From NCBI GenBank assembly GCA_964057225.1, contig OZ059896.1, positions 8,618,001-8,682,000 of the forward strand: a DNA stretch of 64,000 bases, written 5' to 3'. The notes beneath the pieces are model-generated. The model was not told where the DNA came from and did not search any database. It was given only the letters and a program-made list of their open reading frames with translations. The position numbers and the translations under genes are program-made. This document shows, in pieces, positions 19,438-32,172 of this stretch; within the stretch, counting starts at the first letter, position 1, and every line of letters begins with the position of its first letter. This DNA comes from Auanema rhodensis. Lineage: Eukaryota; Animalia; Nematoda.

Positions 19438-22400
19438 TGCATTACTCTTTCAAACTGTCTGCCTTTATTTAAAAAAATTTTTTCATAAAATTTGAAATGA
19501 AAACGAAAAATGTTATATTTTGTTCCACGCGACATGATCAATCGGATGGAAACATTTTTAAAAACTAGTCAAAATTACTCCATTTTTCAGGGGAAAAAAA
19601 CAGTAAAAGGATGAATCTAGTATAGTTGTTGGTGCCTAACTGTTCTCAGAAACATTCCAGAAACTCATTTTTCATCGTCCAATTCATTTTCGTCTTCTTC
19701 TTCTTCATCATCATCTATTACCATCCATAGATGTAGAGGTTGTACTTGCTGTCATCTAATTTCAAAGGTTTTACACAGAATATGTGCAAAAGAATGAAAT
19801 AACTTTTTAGTCTCTTGCAAAGAATATAAAATATTTTATAAACTGAACAATATTATATTTTTTCTCTTCAAATGTCTCCACCCAATGATCATTTTTAATT
19901 TTACTGGTACGATAATCTGATAGATTTAATGGTTAGATTGACATTATTATATAGACAAAATGTATAATCTTATATTGAATGATAAGGCATACAAGGAAAT
20001 AAGCAAAAAGATTATAAACTATTTTTGAAAATCATTAGAAACATATTATTAGAGGTCGCTTGTACTTGCTGCCTCATATCTTTCATCGAATTTTCAAGAA
20101 ACAAGAATGTATTTGCTAATGAGATATCCAATATTGAATAGAACTTTGAAGAATTTTCATTTAAACTTTGAACTTTACGTCAAAAATGAAATATTATTGG
20201 ATTGTTTTGAGATACAAATTCAAGAAAAAGATCAGAATGCTTGATTATTATAAGAACTGCTTATTAGAAAGATTGATTTATCATGTTCAAGAAAAATATT
20301 CTAATAAAATTTAATGATCGCTATGTCTTCAGAATGATCTGATTCAACAAATCTTTTCAGTTTTTTTTTGTTTTAAAACATTCGTAAAACCAATAGAAAA
20401 TTTTTCCGACAATTCGTTTGGAAGAGATTTTGCACGAATTACCAGTGAAACGACGAATAAGAAGATGATGATGAACGGTCTTTCACATTGACCAAAGCAA
20501 CATTCAATGAATATCGATGACATTATTCAACGTCAATGACATCAAAATGTCAACGACAAAACTTCAAAAGTTTTCTTTTTTTCTCTCATTCTCCATCATT
20601 TTCTATGTCTTTCGCATCTCTTTTCATCTGTACCTGCTACCAATACTGTCGACAACAGCAGCAGCAGCAACAGCAACAGCACGGACATCATACCATCCTG
20701 TAGACATATCACCGGCGTAATCACTTTGCATGTATGGGTAGCTTATCTGCAAGCATCTAAGACATCAATCAAGTTTTTCTAATTCATATATTAAGATTTT
20801 AATTTGTAATTCATTACTAAGAACTTATAAGTATTTTCAAAAAAATTAAATTATCTTTAAAGTAAATGAAGTTTATTTGCAGTATGTAGTGCAATTCCCA
20901 TCCAAAATGTATTAAAATCTGCATAACTATTATAATTTATATAAAATACTGTATATAATATATAAAATAAAAAGAATAATATGTTATTTTCACTTTTTAT
21001 ATTTATAAACTATACATTTTTTTATTTTTTTTTATTTCAAAAACATGTTTTTTCAGCGTTTTGTTCTTTTTTTTTCTAAATGCGAGTCCTTGGTCGAAAG
21101 CGAACACATCAGTATCCACCAAAAATGCCATTGACACGCTGATCATTGGGCTGGAAGTAGAAGTAGCAAGAGATGATGAGAAAAAAAGACGAAAAAGAAA
21201 GTTCATAACCATGATGACGATCAACGGCGAAAAAAAAGGATAAGAAAAAAGCAAATGAGAGAGGTGAGAGGAAGACATTTTTGCTAAAAAGAACCGGAAG
21301 ACGTGATCAAATTTAATCATTTTTGTAATCGAAGCTACATATAAGCTGTACGAAAAGTATTTTGAAAAGTGAAAATGAAGAAATAATAGTAATATTATAG
21401 TATTTAATATATATTATATGTTATAAATATTTAATTATAAAGATTATTCTAAGCATTAGAAATTATATTTTATGAGATAGCATTAAACTATAACATATTA
21501 TAAAGATTAGTATTGTTGTTCATTAGTTTGATTTTCGTGCACTTGCTAGCATGCTACGCAGTTTTTGATAATTCTCCCAATCTTCTGTATTAAATATAAT
21601 TAATATTTTTTAATTATATTTATGATTTTTTTTTCTTTAAACGCATAAAAAATACTGATAACAATATAGGCTGAATTAGTATAAGTTAAAAGAAAATCCG
21701 GATTGCCGATATATTGGTGTCTAAGCAGCTTCATATCAACTTTTTTCGTTGTATTTTCATCTTCCTTTTTCTGATTTCCGTAGGGCATTCCATTCTTTTT
21801 CAATCATTACTGCTGTTACGTCAGAAAAAAAAATAGAAAATGGTATTAGATTTCTTAAATATATTTATATTAATGAATATATATCTATATATATATATAT
21901 ATAGATATTAATCTACTTTATAAACTTCAATTTTAATGTAAAACTGGCAATATGACGTCATGAAGTGATCAAGAATCTATTCAAATGGATTTATATAAAT
22001 GGCCTATCATCATCTGGATTTTCAACAACACAATAACTTATCTTCTTCTCATCGTCACGTAAACTTCAATATGTCTGAACTCCATAATACTTCTTATAAT
22101 GTTGAACAATAGCAGGAAGAGATTGAAGAATTGAATGGGAATTATAGAAAGGTAGAGAGAGAGATAGAAAGATAGAAAGAGAGAAGAGACAGAAAAGAAA
22201 GATTTGGTAAACGGATTGGCGTGAGAGAAACATAGAATTATGTATGATTATTGGAACGATAGAAGTAGAGATAGATTTTGTCCCCGGTGCGTGTGTACCC
22301 GAGCACTAACTCCTTTCTTCTCGGGGCTCTCCAACAAAATCGTTTTATTTGTATTTCATTCTCATTTGACAGACAGTATGTACCGATGATTTCTCTGCTT

Positions 22401-25074
22401 CTCTCGTCCTATCTTATCTAAATGATCTTTAGTAATGACGGGCCGTGTGCTTGTCTGCGCCTCCTTCGGCATGTATTTCAACTATAGAATATTAGAAAAA
22501 GAGTAAAGAAAACTGTGAGAGTATCAGAGAATCAAATTTAGAGAATGAGAGAGAGAGAGGGGAGAAAGAAAGAGACTGGTGTGGGCGCTGTTGCACCACA
22601 ACGCGACTACAACGAATCAAATGTTATCGTGTAGCGTTGATGTCGAAAATCAGCCTGTCCCGGGGACCGACAAGCATTCAATCAATACAATTTAGTCTTT
22701 AAAAATAAAATGACATTATAAGCTGATAAAATACATTTATGAGTTTTGCATCAGGAAAAAAGATCAAAAAAAAGCAGAAAAATAAGGATAAACAAAGACT
22801 TGTATGTGATGAATATGTGGATAAACTCATCTTTACTATAAGATATAAGGGAACTCTATCTATATACGTAAAGATGATCTATATGTCTATATCAGATAAT
22901 TCTTGATCATATGATACTTAAACCTTCAAAGAGAGTAGATTCATGATTTCTGTGGTGCCCCACATTTTATAAAACATTTTGAATAATCAGAGATGAAGTC
23001 AATTTCTCTTAAATACATATATATATATATATTTATATTTATATTTATTTTTAAAAAGTTTTGCTTTCATAATAATCAATAAAAAAACAATTTTTAAAAT
23101 AAAAAAATTGTAGTCAATTCAGAACTAGTAATCGTAAGAATGTGTTGATATGATTGCTGGCACGATTGACATGTATTTACTGATAGCTTGTCTTTCATCT
23201 GAACCCAATTGACCATATGACGACGTATGTATGTAAGATCAGAAAAGAAGATGATGACTGTTATCATAAAATGAAAAATTTACGTCAAATATGAAAAATA
23301 TAACAAAGAAGACTAATATTATATGTTATAATACGGTATTATAAGAAGATCATTTGGAAATGTTGCAAAAATAAAATTGTATTTTGTTATTTGATAGTGA
23401 TAAAGATTAGTTTATGATTATATAAGTTTAAATTTATTTTTTTCTATGCTTATAGTTGTTATATATAATCAAATAATAAATTAAAGAAAACACGTGTTTA
23501 TCATAATAATTATTATAATTGAAATTATAAAAATTAATGTAATAACACTGATTTTAAAAAAAAAAGTCAAGTTTGCTTGAGTAAAGATCATTTAAGTAAT
23601 TTCAATAGAAATCTAATTAGCTCTATATGCTCATGCTGATGAGGATGATGATGATGATGACGATGATGATGATGAAAATGACGACAACCGTCAACCAAAT
23701 GATAATAACTATTGGATTTCAATATTAATAATATAAAAATTAAATTAAATATTTTAAAAATATAAAAACCTTTGAATATATTTCTGTTAATTAATATTAA
23801 AATATATAACTTACTAACTTACTATAAAACAGATTTTAAAATGTCACAAGTTGTATGACTTTCTTGGATGAAGCATATTAATATATTATAAATATATATA
23901 AAATTTTAAACTATTTCATATTAATTATATATATATGTATATATATAGAATTTTAATTTTAATTTTAATTTTATTTTATAATAATAATCAAACTAATTAT
24001 TCTGGTATATATGTATATCAAACCAATATCTTACTTTTGCTGTTTGCAGCTTATATGAAACTTCAATTTATAGTTATTCAATAATGATTTTACTTGTAAT
24101 ATATTTTATTTGAATAAGTAAACCAATTTTGTTTATTATAACCATATTTCATGATTTTACCATATATTATAATAAAGTATAGAACTTTTACTAATTATAT
24201 TTAAATATACAGTATCTTATTCATATTAATATTACGTAAAAAAAATATAGTTAGTTCAATATATTGCTTTTTAACTAGTTATAATATTAAAATTGAATTA
24301 ATGAATTATTATTAAATAAATAAATAAAATTCATTATCAACTTTTATTCCAAAATACACATGTATATTCATATATCTTTGACTTATTTCTATATTATACA
24401 TATAAAACTCATTAGCATGCTGCAACATGAAAACGTTTTGAACATTTTTTTTTGTTGAAAATTTCAATCTCTTTTATGCATTTTATAATTACAACAGTAT
24501 ATTTGATTATAGAACCAACGTAATATATATATGAAAATCATGAAATTGTATTTGATTCAATTATATTTGTTAACAAAAAAAAATAATTAAACATTTGTTT
24601 AATTTTTATTCTTTGAACAAAATTCAGAAATTGCTCTTATTTACATAGATATGTATATACTATTATAGATATATAAGAGATATATCATTCCTAACTGATT
24701 TATATACAAATATTTATCAATTTATTTGTATATTATACATATATAGATATATGTCTATCTTACTATATATAAATATAAAATATTTAATTTCAAATTTCTA
24801 TCGTTCAAGGAATACAAAGCTTTCACGTAAAATGTTACGTCATATTTAATCTGTTGAAATACAAATCCTGTGTGTTTCGTTTCAAGCTGCTCTGAGATAA
24901 ATTTCTTAATCTGCTTTTTAATCTTTTCTATCAATGTAAAATAAATAAAATGTGATGAGTATATTAAGTACAATAAAAAAAAATTTATAAATATATTATT
25001 TTTATAAAATAAAATATTTATATTATAATTTTTATTTTTAAACTTAACTATAAAGCACAGTAGCTCTCTCTTTA

Positions 25075-25141
<67 letters not shown>

Positions 25142-25629
25142 CATATAAAAAACACAAAATATTATCAAACAATCTGTCAATAATAATTCTTTTTCGTTTA
25201 TCATTTGAAACTGAGGTTCGTATCAAATTAATGATATGAATTATATGTTATCTTATCATTCATACATAGTATATACACATGTATCTACATACTGTTTATT
25301 TGAAAATTATATTTTCAATGAATAATGAATACATTCTTCATTATTTCAAAGATAATCCTATATTATTTTTGTTTTAATATTGTTATTATTAATAAAAACT
25401 AAAAAAATAAAAAATAAATGTTTACAAATATAATCTTTAAGTTGTGTCTGTGAATTACTTCCAAATAATTCCAAAAATAGAGTTGAATATCAATATATGA
25501 AACTATTATAAACTTCAACTTCAATTTCTGAGGTGTCAGTTTTTGTTTATTTTTGAAAATAAAAAGAAGAATATTTAGAAAAAAATTATTTATAATTCAT
25601 TTGATTACATATAAAATATAATAAATATA

Positions 25630-27862
25630 CTATTCAGTCTTAACTTTCTTTTTAAATATACATGACAACAAAGCATATAAGGCAAATAAAATAATTGATA
25701 AGGTAACTACTACGACACAAACGACGAATGACACTACATCCAGCATATACAGTTGAACGAAACTAAGGTTTTGAGATTCGGCGACCAAATTTGGAATTTT
25801 TCCAACCCTAAAATATTTTTTATTATAATAAATAATGACATCATTATCAGCTTACTTGGCGGCAAATTCAATATGCTTTACAAATGTTTCAGTTGGATCA
25901 TTAGGATTGGTATTAAGAATCTCAGCTAATCGTTTAGCATTCTCTTTGTACCTAAATATAAAATATTAATAAAACAAGATTTATAAACTATATATTCAGA
26001 TATATATAGTTTAGCAAACATACTTATGATCATTGAGAATAGTTCTAATATTCTTTTTAATTGTTTCAACATCTACTAATTCAGTTTTTTCCATTACTAG
26101 AGATGCATTAAAGCGTGATAACATCATAGCATTTCTAGGTTGATCAGCAAAAATTGGAACCTGTAAAAGCAAATAATTAGAAAAATATATTTTTCTATCA
26201 AAAACTAACAAAGATAGTTGGCTTTCCAAGATGAGCAACTTCTGTGGTACTTCCTAAACCTCCATGAGTGATGAAGAGGTCAAGACGATCATCATTGAGA
26301 AGAGCAACTTGTGGAATCCACTTAACCAAGTGAATATTCTTAGCATCATCAGCAAAATCACTATCTTCTTCGTACTTCCAGATGAATGTAACATCAGGCA
26401 TCTCTTTGAAGGCTTGTTTGATTGTCATCCTAAAATTACAAAAATATTTGAAGTTTCTAAATAATGTTCTTACTTGTACTTTTCTGGCATGTCTTTACTC
26501 TTGGCTACGGATCCAAATGAAAGAAGTACAGTATGTTTACGTTCATCCAAATATTTCGAAATTTCCTCATCATTCAACTTAGATTTAAGTTTTTCCTTAT
26601 TCAAAGTAATTCCTCCGATGTCAATAGTTTTTGGATTGATTGGTCTAACAAAGTTCAAATATGGGTGAGAGTTTGTTAAGACATAGCTGACATCAGTACA
26701 AATATCCTAAAAGTTAAAAATTGGTTTTTGCCACCAGCTTGTTAGCTTACCTGCACACTCTTGAATCCGGGACCGAATTTTTGAACAAATGCCTCATGTT
26801 CAATTTTGTAGATAGTCTCATAGAAATTTACAGAACCAATTGATCCCATCAAATTCTTAGCTCTGCTAAAGAAACCCATCTTAGCTCCATCGGTAGACAT
26901 CAAGTTAGGTACATAACTAGACATAGCTGGTTCTCCTACAATATATGATTCATTATACATTAGTTAATTTAATATTTCTTACCCAAATATGATGAGATGA
27001 CATCATTTTGAACAGCAGATAAAGCAGCAACAGTAACGGGAATTTTCAAAGCTTCAAGCATAGCTAAAAATTGTATTATAATTAGTTTCAATATAATATT
27101 TTGAATAGTTATACCTAATCCACAGAATGAGAAAGGTTCAGCGATTCCAAGATCAAATTTACTGTTTTTTAATTCTTCAAATAAACCGTCATCGTTCAAC
27201 ATATCTTCACAGGACATCTTGAAAAGTTTTCCCATCTTAGGTGCCATCTGAAAAATATATTTTTTAATATTTTTCATTTAAATACAAAAATTACCTGAAT
27301 TTGAGAAAGAATATCAGGAGATAAATCCCACAATGTCTTGAACATATGAGCTTTCATGGTAGTTACTGCTTGATGTGTTGCTTCAGATGGCATAACAGCT
27401 TTAATATTTTTTGTGACATGAACTCCATTGCGTTTAAATTCATTTTTATCTACAACTGGCATAACAACTGTCTGAAATAAAAAATAAAATTGCTAATATT
27501 TAGTATATAATTTATAATTTATAATTAAACTTTAATATACAATAAAACTTACAACATTATGACCTTTTTCTGTTAAAATATCAGCTAATCTTCCCATAAA
27601 ATTTGCATGAGAATGTCCGAAAATCTGACTAAATACCACAATTTTATATCCATCTGAAAATATTTATTCATAAATTTGATAATATTATTTGAATTAAATT
27701 ATATTCATATTAAATTAAATTAAATTAAAATTAAATTTAGATTAGTCTTTCATTTTAAATTTTTGTTTGTTTTCCAATAACTTTTTATTAAAAATTAAAT
27801 AAAAAATAGAACTTACCTATAACAGTTGCTAAGCAAAAGATTAAAGGAATGAATAATCTCAT
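25630..27862 (-). CDS. UDP-glucuronosyl/UDP-glucosyltransferase (nematode ugt family), multi-exon
   Basis: Signal peptide MRLFIPLIFCLATV, then YKIVVFSQIFGHSHANFMGRLADILTEKGHNV (catalytic His region), VLLSFGS, the UGT signature WIPQVALLNDDRLDLFITHGGLGSTTEVAHLGKPTIFVPIFADQPRNA, a C-terminal TM helix and a KKKVKTE* ER-retrieval tail. Confidence 0.95.
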
Positions 27863-27894
27863 TTGACTTGTCTTTTCTGAAATAAAAATCATCA

Positions 27895-29600
27895 TAGTTA
27901 TCAGTATATATACACATAGACATATATATATATTATAAAATATAATAAATATAAGAATTAGTGATGATGTGAAATTTTATAATCTTATCAAGTAAATGGC
28001 ATATCAAACAAAAATAGTCTAGGTCAAATATACAGGATAACTCTTTTGTTTCTGATAGGACAACTTACTAGTTAAATAACTTTATCAAGATTTGTATAAT
28101 CTATATTAGATTATGATATTGCTGTGAAAATAAGCTGACAATTGACGTCATTTCGTCTATCTTTGGAATGAAATTTGTAAACAAATTCGTATTATCTCGC
28201 CACATTTGTTAACAATCTTTTAAATTAATATAAAGCAAAATGAAGACTTAGATACATTAAAAAAAATTTTGAAAGGATTTCAACGAACTCACAAAGGAAT
28301 GATCGAAAACTGTATATCTATTCAGTAGCAATTCAATAATAATTTAGTTTAAATGCTCAATAATTTATAAAAATTCTCAAAACGTAATGTATTCAAACAT
28401 ACTAATTCTTATTCAAAACTATTCATATATATATATACATAATTTTTTAAATAACTTCCTTTTTTGTTTAATAAACTACGAGGTCAAAGTAAGGATTCGT
28501 TTACGATAAAAGGTTAAATTAGATACATGTTCCAAAAATAGTTTTCATAGCAAGTTTCTTTGCAAAAATTACAATTTTTTTGATCAACGAAACAAATAAA
28601 ATTGAAGTTGAAAGAAATATATATATATATTCTATATGAAAGAGATGTCAATCGAGAGTATAAAGGTCATTGTTTTGTGAATCGTATTCTATTTACATGA
28701 ATTAGTGTTGTAATTCTACAGTTCTGAAATCAAAAGACTATTCCTTCATATGAACCTGTATGTGTTAATATGAGGTTATAAAGATCATTAAGTAAAGCAT
28801 TACATATCAGTAAAACGTTCTATCAAAGTCTAACTGATTATATCAAATATGAAATTTGAACAATACTCTTGAAGATGTATAGAAAATATTTGAAATAAAA
28901 TGAATATAAAGATGAAACATTAATCTTTTTATCTTATCTATACATATTTTATATAAAATATTATGTAAATGTAATAGACAGAATAATAATAAGAAATGTG
29001 TCAACATGAGATTATGGATCAAAGCAACAAAAAAATGATATAGACATGTGTGTATGTTCTAGACTGATGTGAACTGATAATTTGTCTAGTTTATATACTA
29101 TTCGAACAGAGGAAATGATGATTTGTAAAGGTTATCAGAAAGTACCACCCCATAAAATACGATAATGCTAATGGTCAACAAAACTCATCTTATCAGTGAT
29201 CTTTATGCAATCTTATGTAATGATATAGAGATGAGAAAAATAACTTTATTAACATGTCTATACTACATTAATGAAATATATTAATTCGTTCTGATCACTG
29301 ATGAAAGATTTTACATCTTTATGTCTTTTTATTTTAACTACATTGTTGTCATTATGGTCAAAATAGAATTGTCTACATCAAATGGAAGTGATATACATGA
29401 TTTCTCACGTGGAAATCACTTTGGGTTGATACTGATTTCAATAAACTGACGTGTCATATTGACTCATTTTCTAAAGATCTCCGTAAAAACCGGAAATAAA
29501 GCAGAGAAGATCAAAAGTTTTCAGAATTATCTCACGTACTCTAATTGATGAAAGACAATTTTATCAATTAAGATGTTGATATTTGAACAGTTCAAGCCTT
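27895..29600 (-). promoter_or_regulatory. UGT upstream region with GATA (TGATAA) sites, AGGTCA nuclear-receptor half-sites, a CRE and a palindromic E-box
   Basis: TTATCA/TGATAA at 27985, 28082, 29075, 29132 and 29190; AGGTCA at 28021, 28481 and 28664; TGACGTCA at 28143; tgatttc(t)cacgtggaaatca at 29398-29418. Function is inferred, and TGATAA is frequent by chance in AT-rich DNA. Confidence 0.4.
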
Positions 29601-30112
29601 ATCTCAGATTGTGATATTCTGAACTCGTCATCGACATATCGTATCATTGAAAAGGAATATTCAAAAGATATCTTGCGAAATTTCTACAACGACAAAAAGT
29701 TCATTTAAACTCATTTATACTGTTGAAAATGGTAAAATTCGTTTGCAACAATTAATGAACCTGATATCATTATTGTGAAAAGCTAGTTATATTCGTAGTA
29801 ATTAGTATGTTTGTAGATTTGTATTTTTCTTCATAAAAACAGGAAATATCAATTTAGAACATTTATTACAAGTAATTGTCTATTTTATCTTTTGTTCTAC
29901 ATGTTAACTTTTTCCTCTTTATGGTTCAAAAACACTAGTCTAGTCTGGTCAAGTTTGAATTTATTGTTAATGTAGTTTAATTTTCTAATAGGTTTAATTA
30001 CAAATCTAGTTTTTATTCAAATTTATAGTATTTTTTCCTTTTCCTTTTATTGTCTGGGCTAGCAGGTATTTTTTGTAAAAAAAAATATAAGAAAAACTAT
30101 AAGTCTTCCTAA

Positions 30113-30395
30113 TTTCTTCACTTAGTTTTCAGAAAACTTTAAAAAAAAAATTGAGTTCAGTTCTGAGCTTCAAAATTTCATTTTCTAGCAATAACTATGA
30201 AAGAGAAACAATTGGTTTGATTTCACGCATGGATAAGAAAGATCATTTCTAAGGAGAGCTAGATACATCTTGTTCGGGTGAGATGGAACTTCAGGACATC
30301 CGTCTAGGCTGGCTATGGAGGTGAAACAGTGGGATTCAGATACGATCTTATCGTTTCTGTCTTCTCGTTTTCTTCAAGAGAATCGTTCCTCCTTT
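30113..30395 (+). repeat. 283-bp direct repeat, copy 1
   Basis: Identical to 31767-32049 (offset 1654) except one substitution seen (g30125 vs a31779). Confidence 0.95.
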
Positions 30396-31766
30396 TAATA
30401 TTTGAACTCAAAAAAAATATTTTGAATTAAATGAATATAATCAATTTTGGATGAAGAATACAGGTCATTATATAGAATAAAAACATATAATACTACATAA
30501 CATAAACTTCTTTTAAGCACAAACTATAAAGTTCAATACGAAACGCGTGTATAAGTCGTAAAGAAATTTTCAAATAAAAGTATGTTCTAATCATAATTTT
30601 TGTAAGAAAATATTATTTATATATCAGATAATCATATACAAATCTTTTAATCTCTTCGAAGAGATATTGATATTAAAAGTAGTGTAATAAATACTATAAG
30701 TTAGAATACAAAAACATTTCAACAGTTTCAATTATTATATTTGAAATAAATACAGAAAATTGGAATTATTATTTGAAAAAAATTTATTAATATATGCAAA
30801 TATATATATTAATTTAACATAATATAGTTATAAATCTTTTATATTTTCATATGAAAATTATTTTATTCGTTGAAATATATAATATTTCAATCAGCTGTAT
30901 TTTAATATCAACAAATACTTGTAATATACTATCAATTATATAATTAAATGTTATAAAATACAAATATTTAATAAGAAACAATAATTTTTTTATTTTTAAA
31001 TATTATATATAATTTTTTATAATAAAACTTCTTCTTAATTATACAATATTGTACTTTATACATGAACATTTGCTGCTACAATTTTTCAGAAATAGTAAGT
31101 ACATTTTCATTTCAATTTAACAGATAAAGAGGACTGTTAGTTAAATTAGAAAAATTAAAAAAGGTGTATACGAAGTGTAATTAAGAAAAATATTTTGTCA
31201 TTATTAAAATAATATTTTTATAAATATAATAATAATTATTATTAATAATAATAATAAAATTAATTAAATATATACAAATACAGACATACAAAATTAAATA
31301 AATTCTAAATTTTATTTACATCAAATCTAAAAATAATATTCAAATATTTTAATAATAAAAATAAAAATTTATAATTATTTTAAAAATAGATTATTTATAA
31401 TTTTTTTTTTGTTATTTATTTACTTATAACCAATACTTTTATTTTTATTTCTCATACATAATTTCAAAGATAAACATTAATTTAATTAAATATTTAAAAA
31501 TATTTAAATATATAAATGACTTTGACCAGGAAGTAAAAATATTTGAAATTTATAAATTGATTTCACTGATTAGATGAAGCTCAAAGATTAGGAAGGGATA
31601 TATTAAAATATTATGAAAAATTAAAACTTGAGAAAATAACAAATTGAAAACTGGTAACAACCTACTTGTGTAAGAAGTCAAATATATCAAGATTATATTA
31701 ACCTTTATGATTTATGATAAAGAATTAAAATATTAATCAACACTAAATTATATGATTTTATTTTTT

Positions 31767-32049
31767 TTTCTTCACTTAATTTTCAGAAAACTTTAAAAAA
31801 AAAATTGAGTTCAGTTCTGAGCTTCAAAATTTCATTTTCTAGCAATAACTATGAAAGAGAAACAATTGGTTTGATTTCACGCATGGATAAGAAAGATCAT
31901 TTCTAAGGAGAGCTAGATACATCTTGTTCGGGTGAGATGGAACTTCAGGACATCCGTCTAGGCTGGCTATGGAGGTGAAACAGTGGGATTCAGATACGAT
32001 CTTATCGTTTCTGTCTTCTCGTTTTCTTCAAGAGAATCGTTCCTCCTTT
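31767..32049 (+). repeat. 283-bp direct repeat, copy 2
   Basis: See copy 1; ends 124 nt upstream of the ATG at 32173. Confidence 0.95.
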
Positions 32050-32172
32050 CTGAGTTGAATTCCAACTTAATTCCTAACAGCAAATGCAACAGTTTGTCTT
32101 AGCAATCGAAAATATATTTTAGATCATTTACATTCATTTTTCATATTTATTTTTAGTTGTTGCTCATCAATT

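Noticed and set aside
29991-30001. GGTTTAATTAC, the first 11 nt of SL1
   Set aside because: The match stops there; no CCAAGTTTGAG, donor or Sm site.
30241-30251. GATCATTTCTA resembling U3 snoRNA box A inside the 283-bp repeat
   Set aside because: No boxes A', B, C or C' in the right order, and GATCATT is common across this region.
30322-30329. piRNA Ruby motif CTGTTTCA (minus strand; also a few scattered copies)
   Set aside because: Sparse, several copies in genic or GC-rich contexts, and lacking the AT-rich spacer; not a piRNA cluster.
30113-32049. LTR retroelement or TRIM interpretation of the direct repeats
   Set aside because: No TG...CA termini, primer-binding site, target-site duplication or coding remnants seen.
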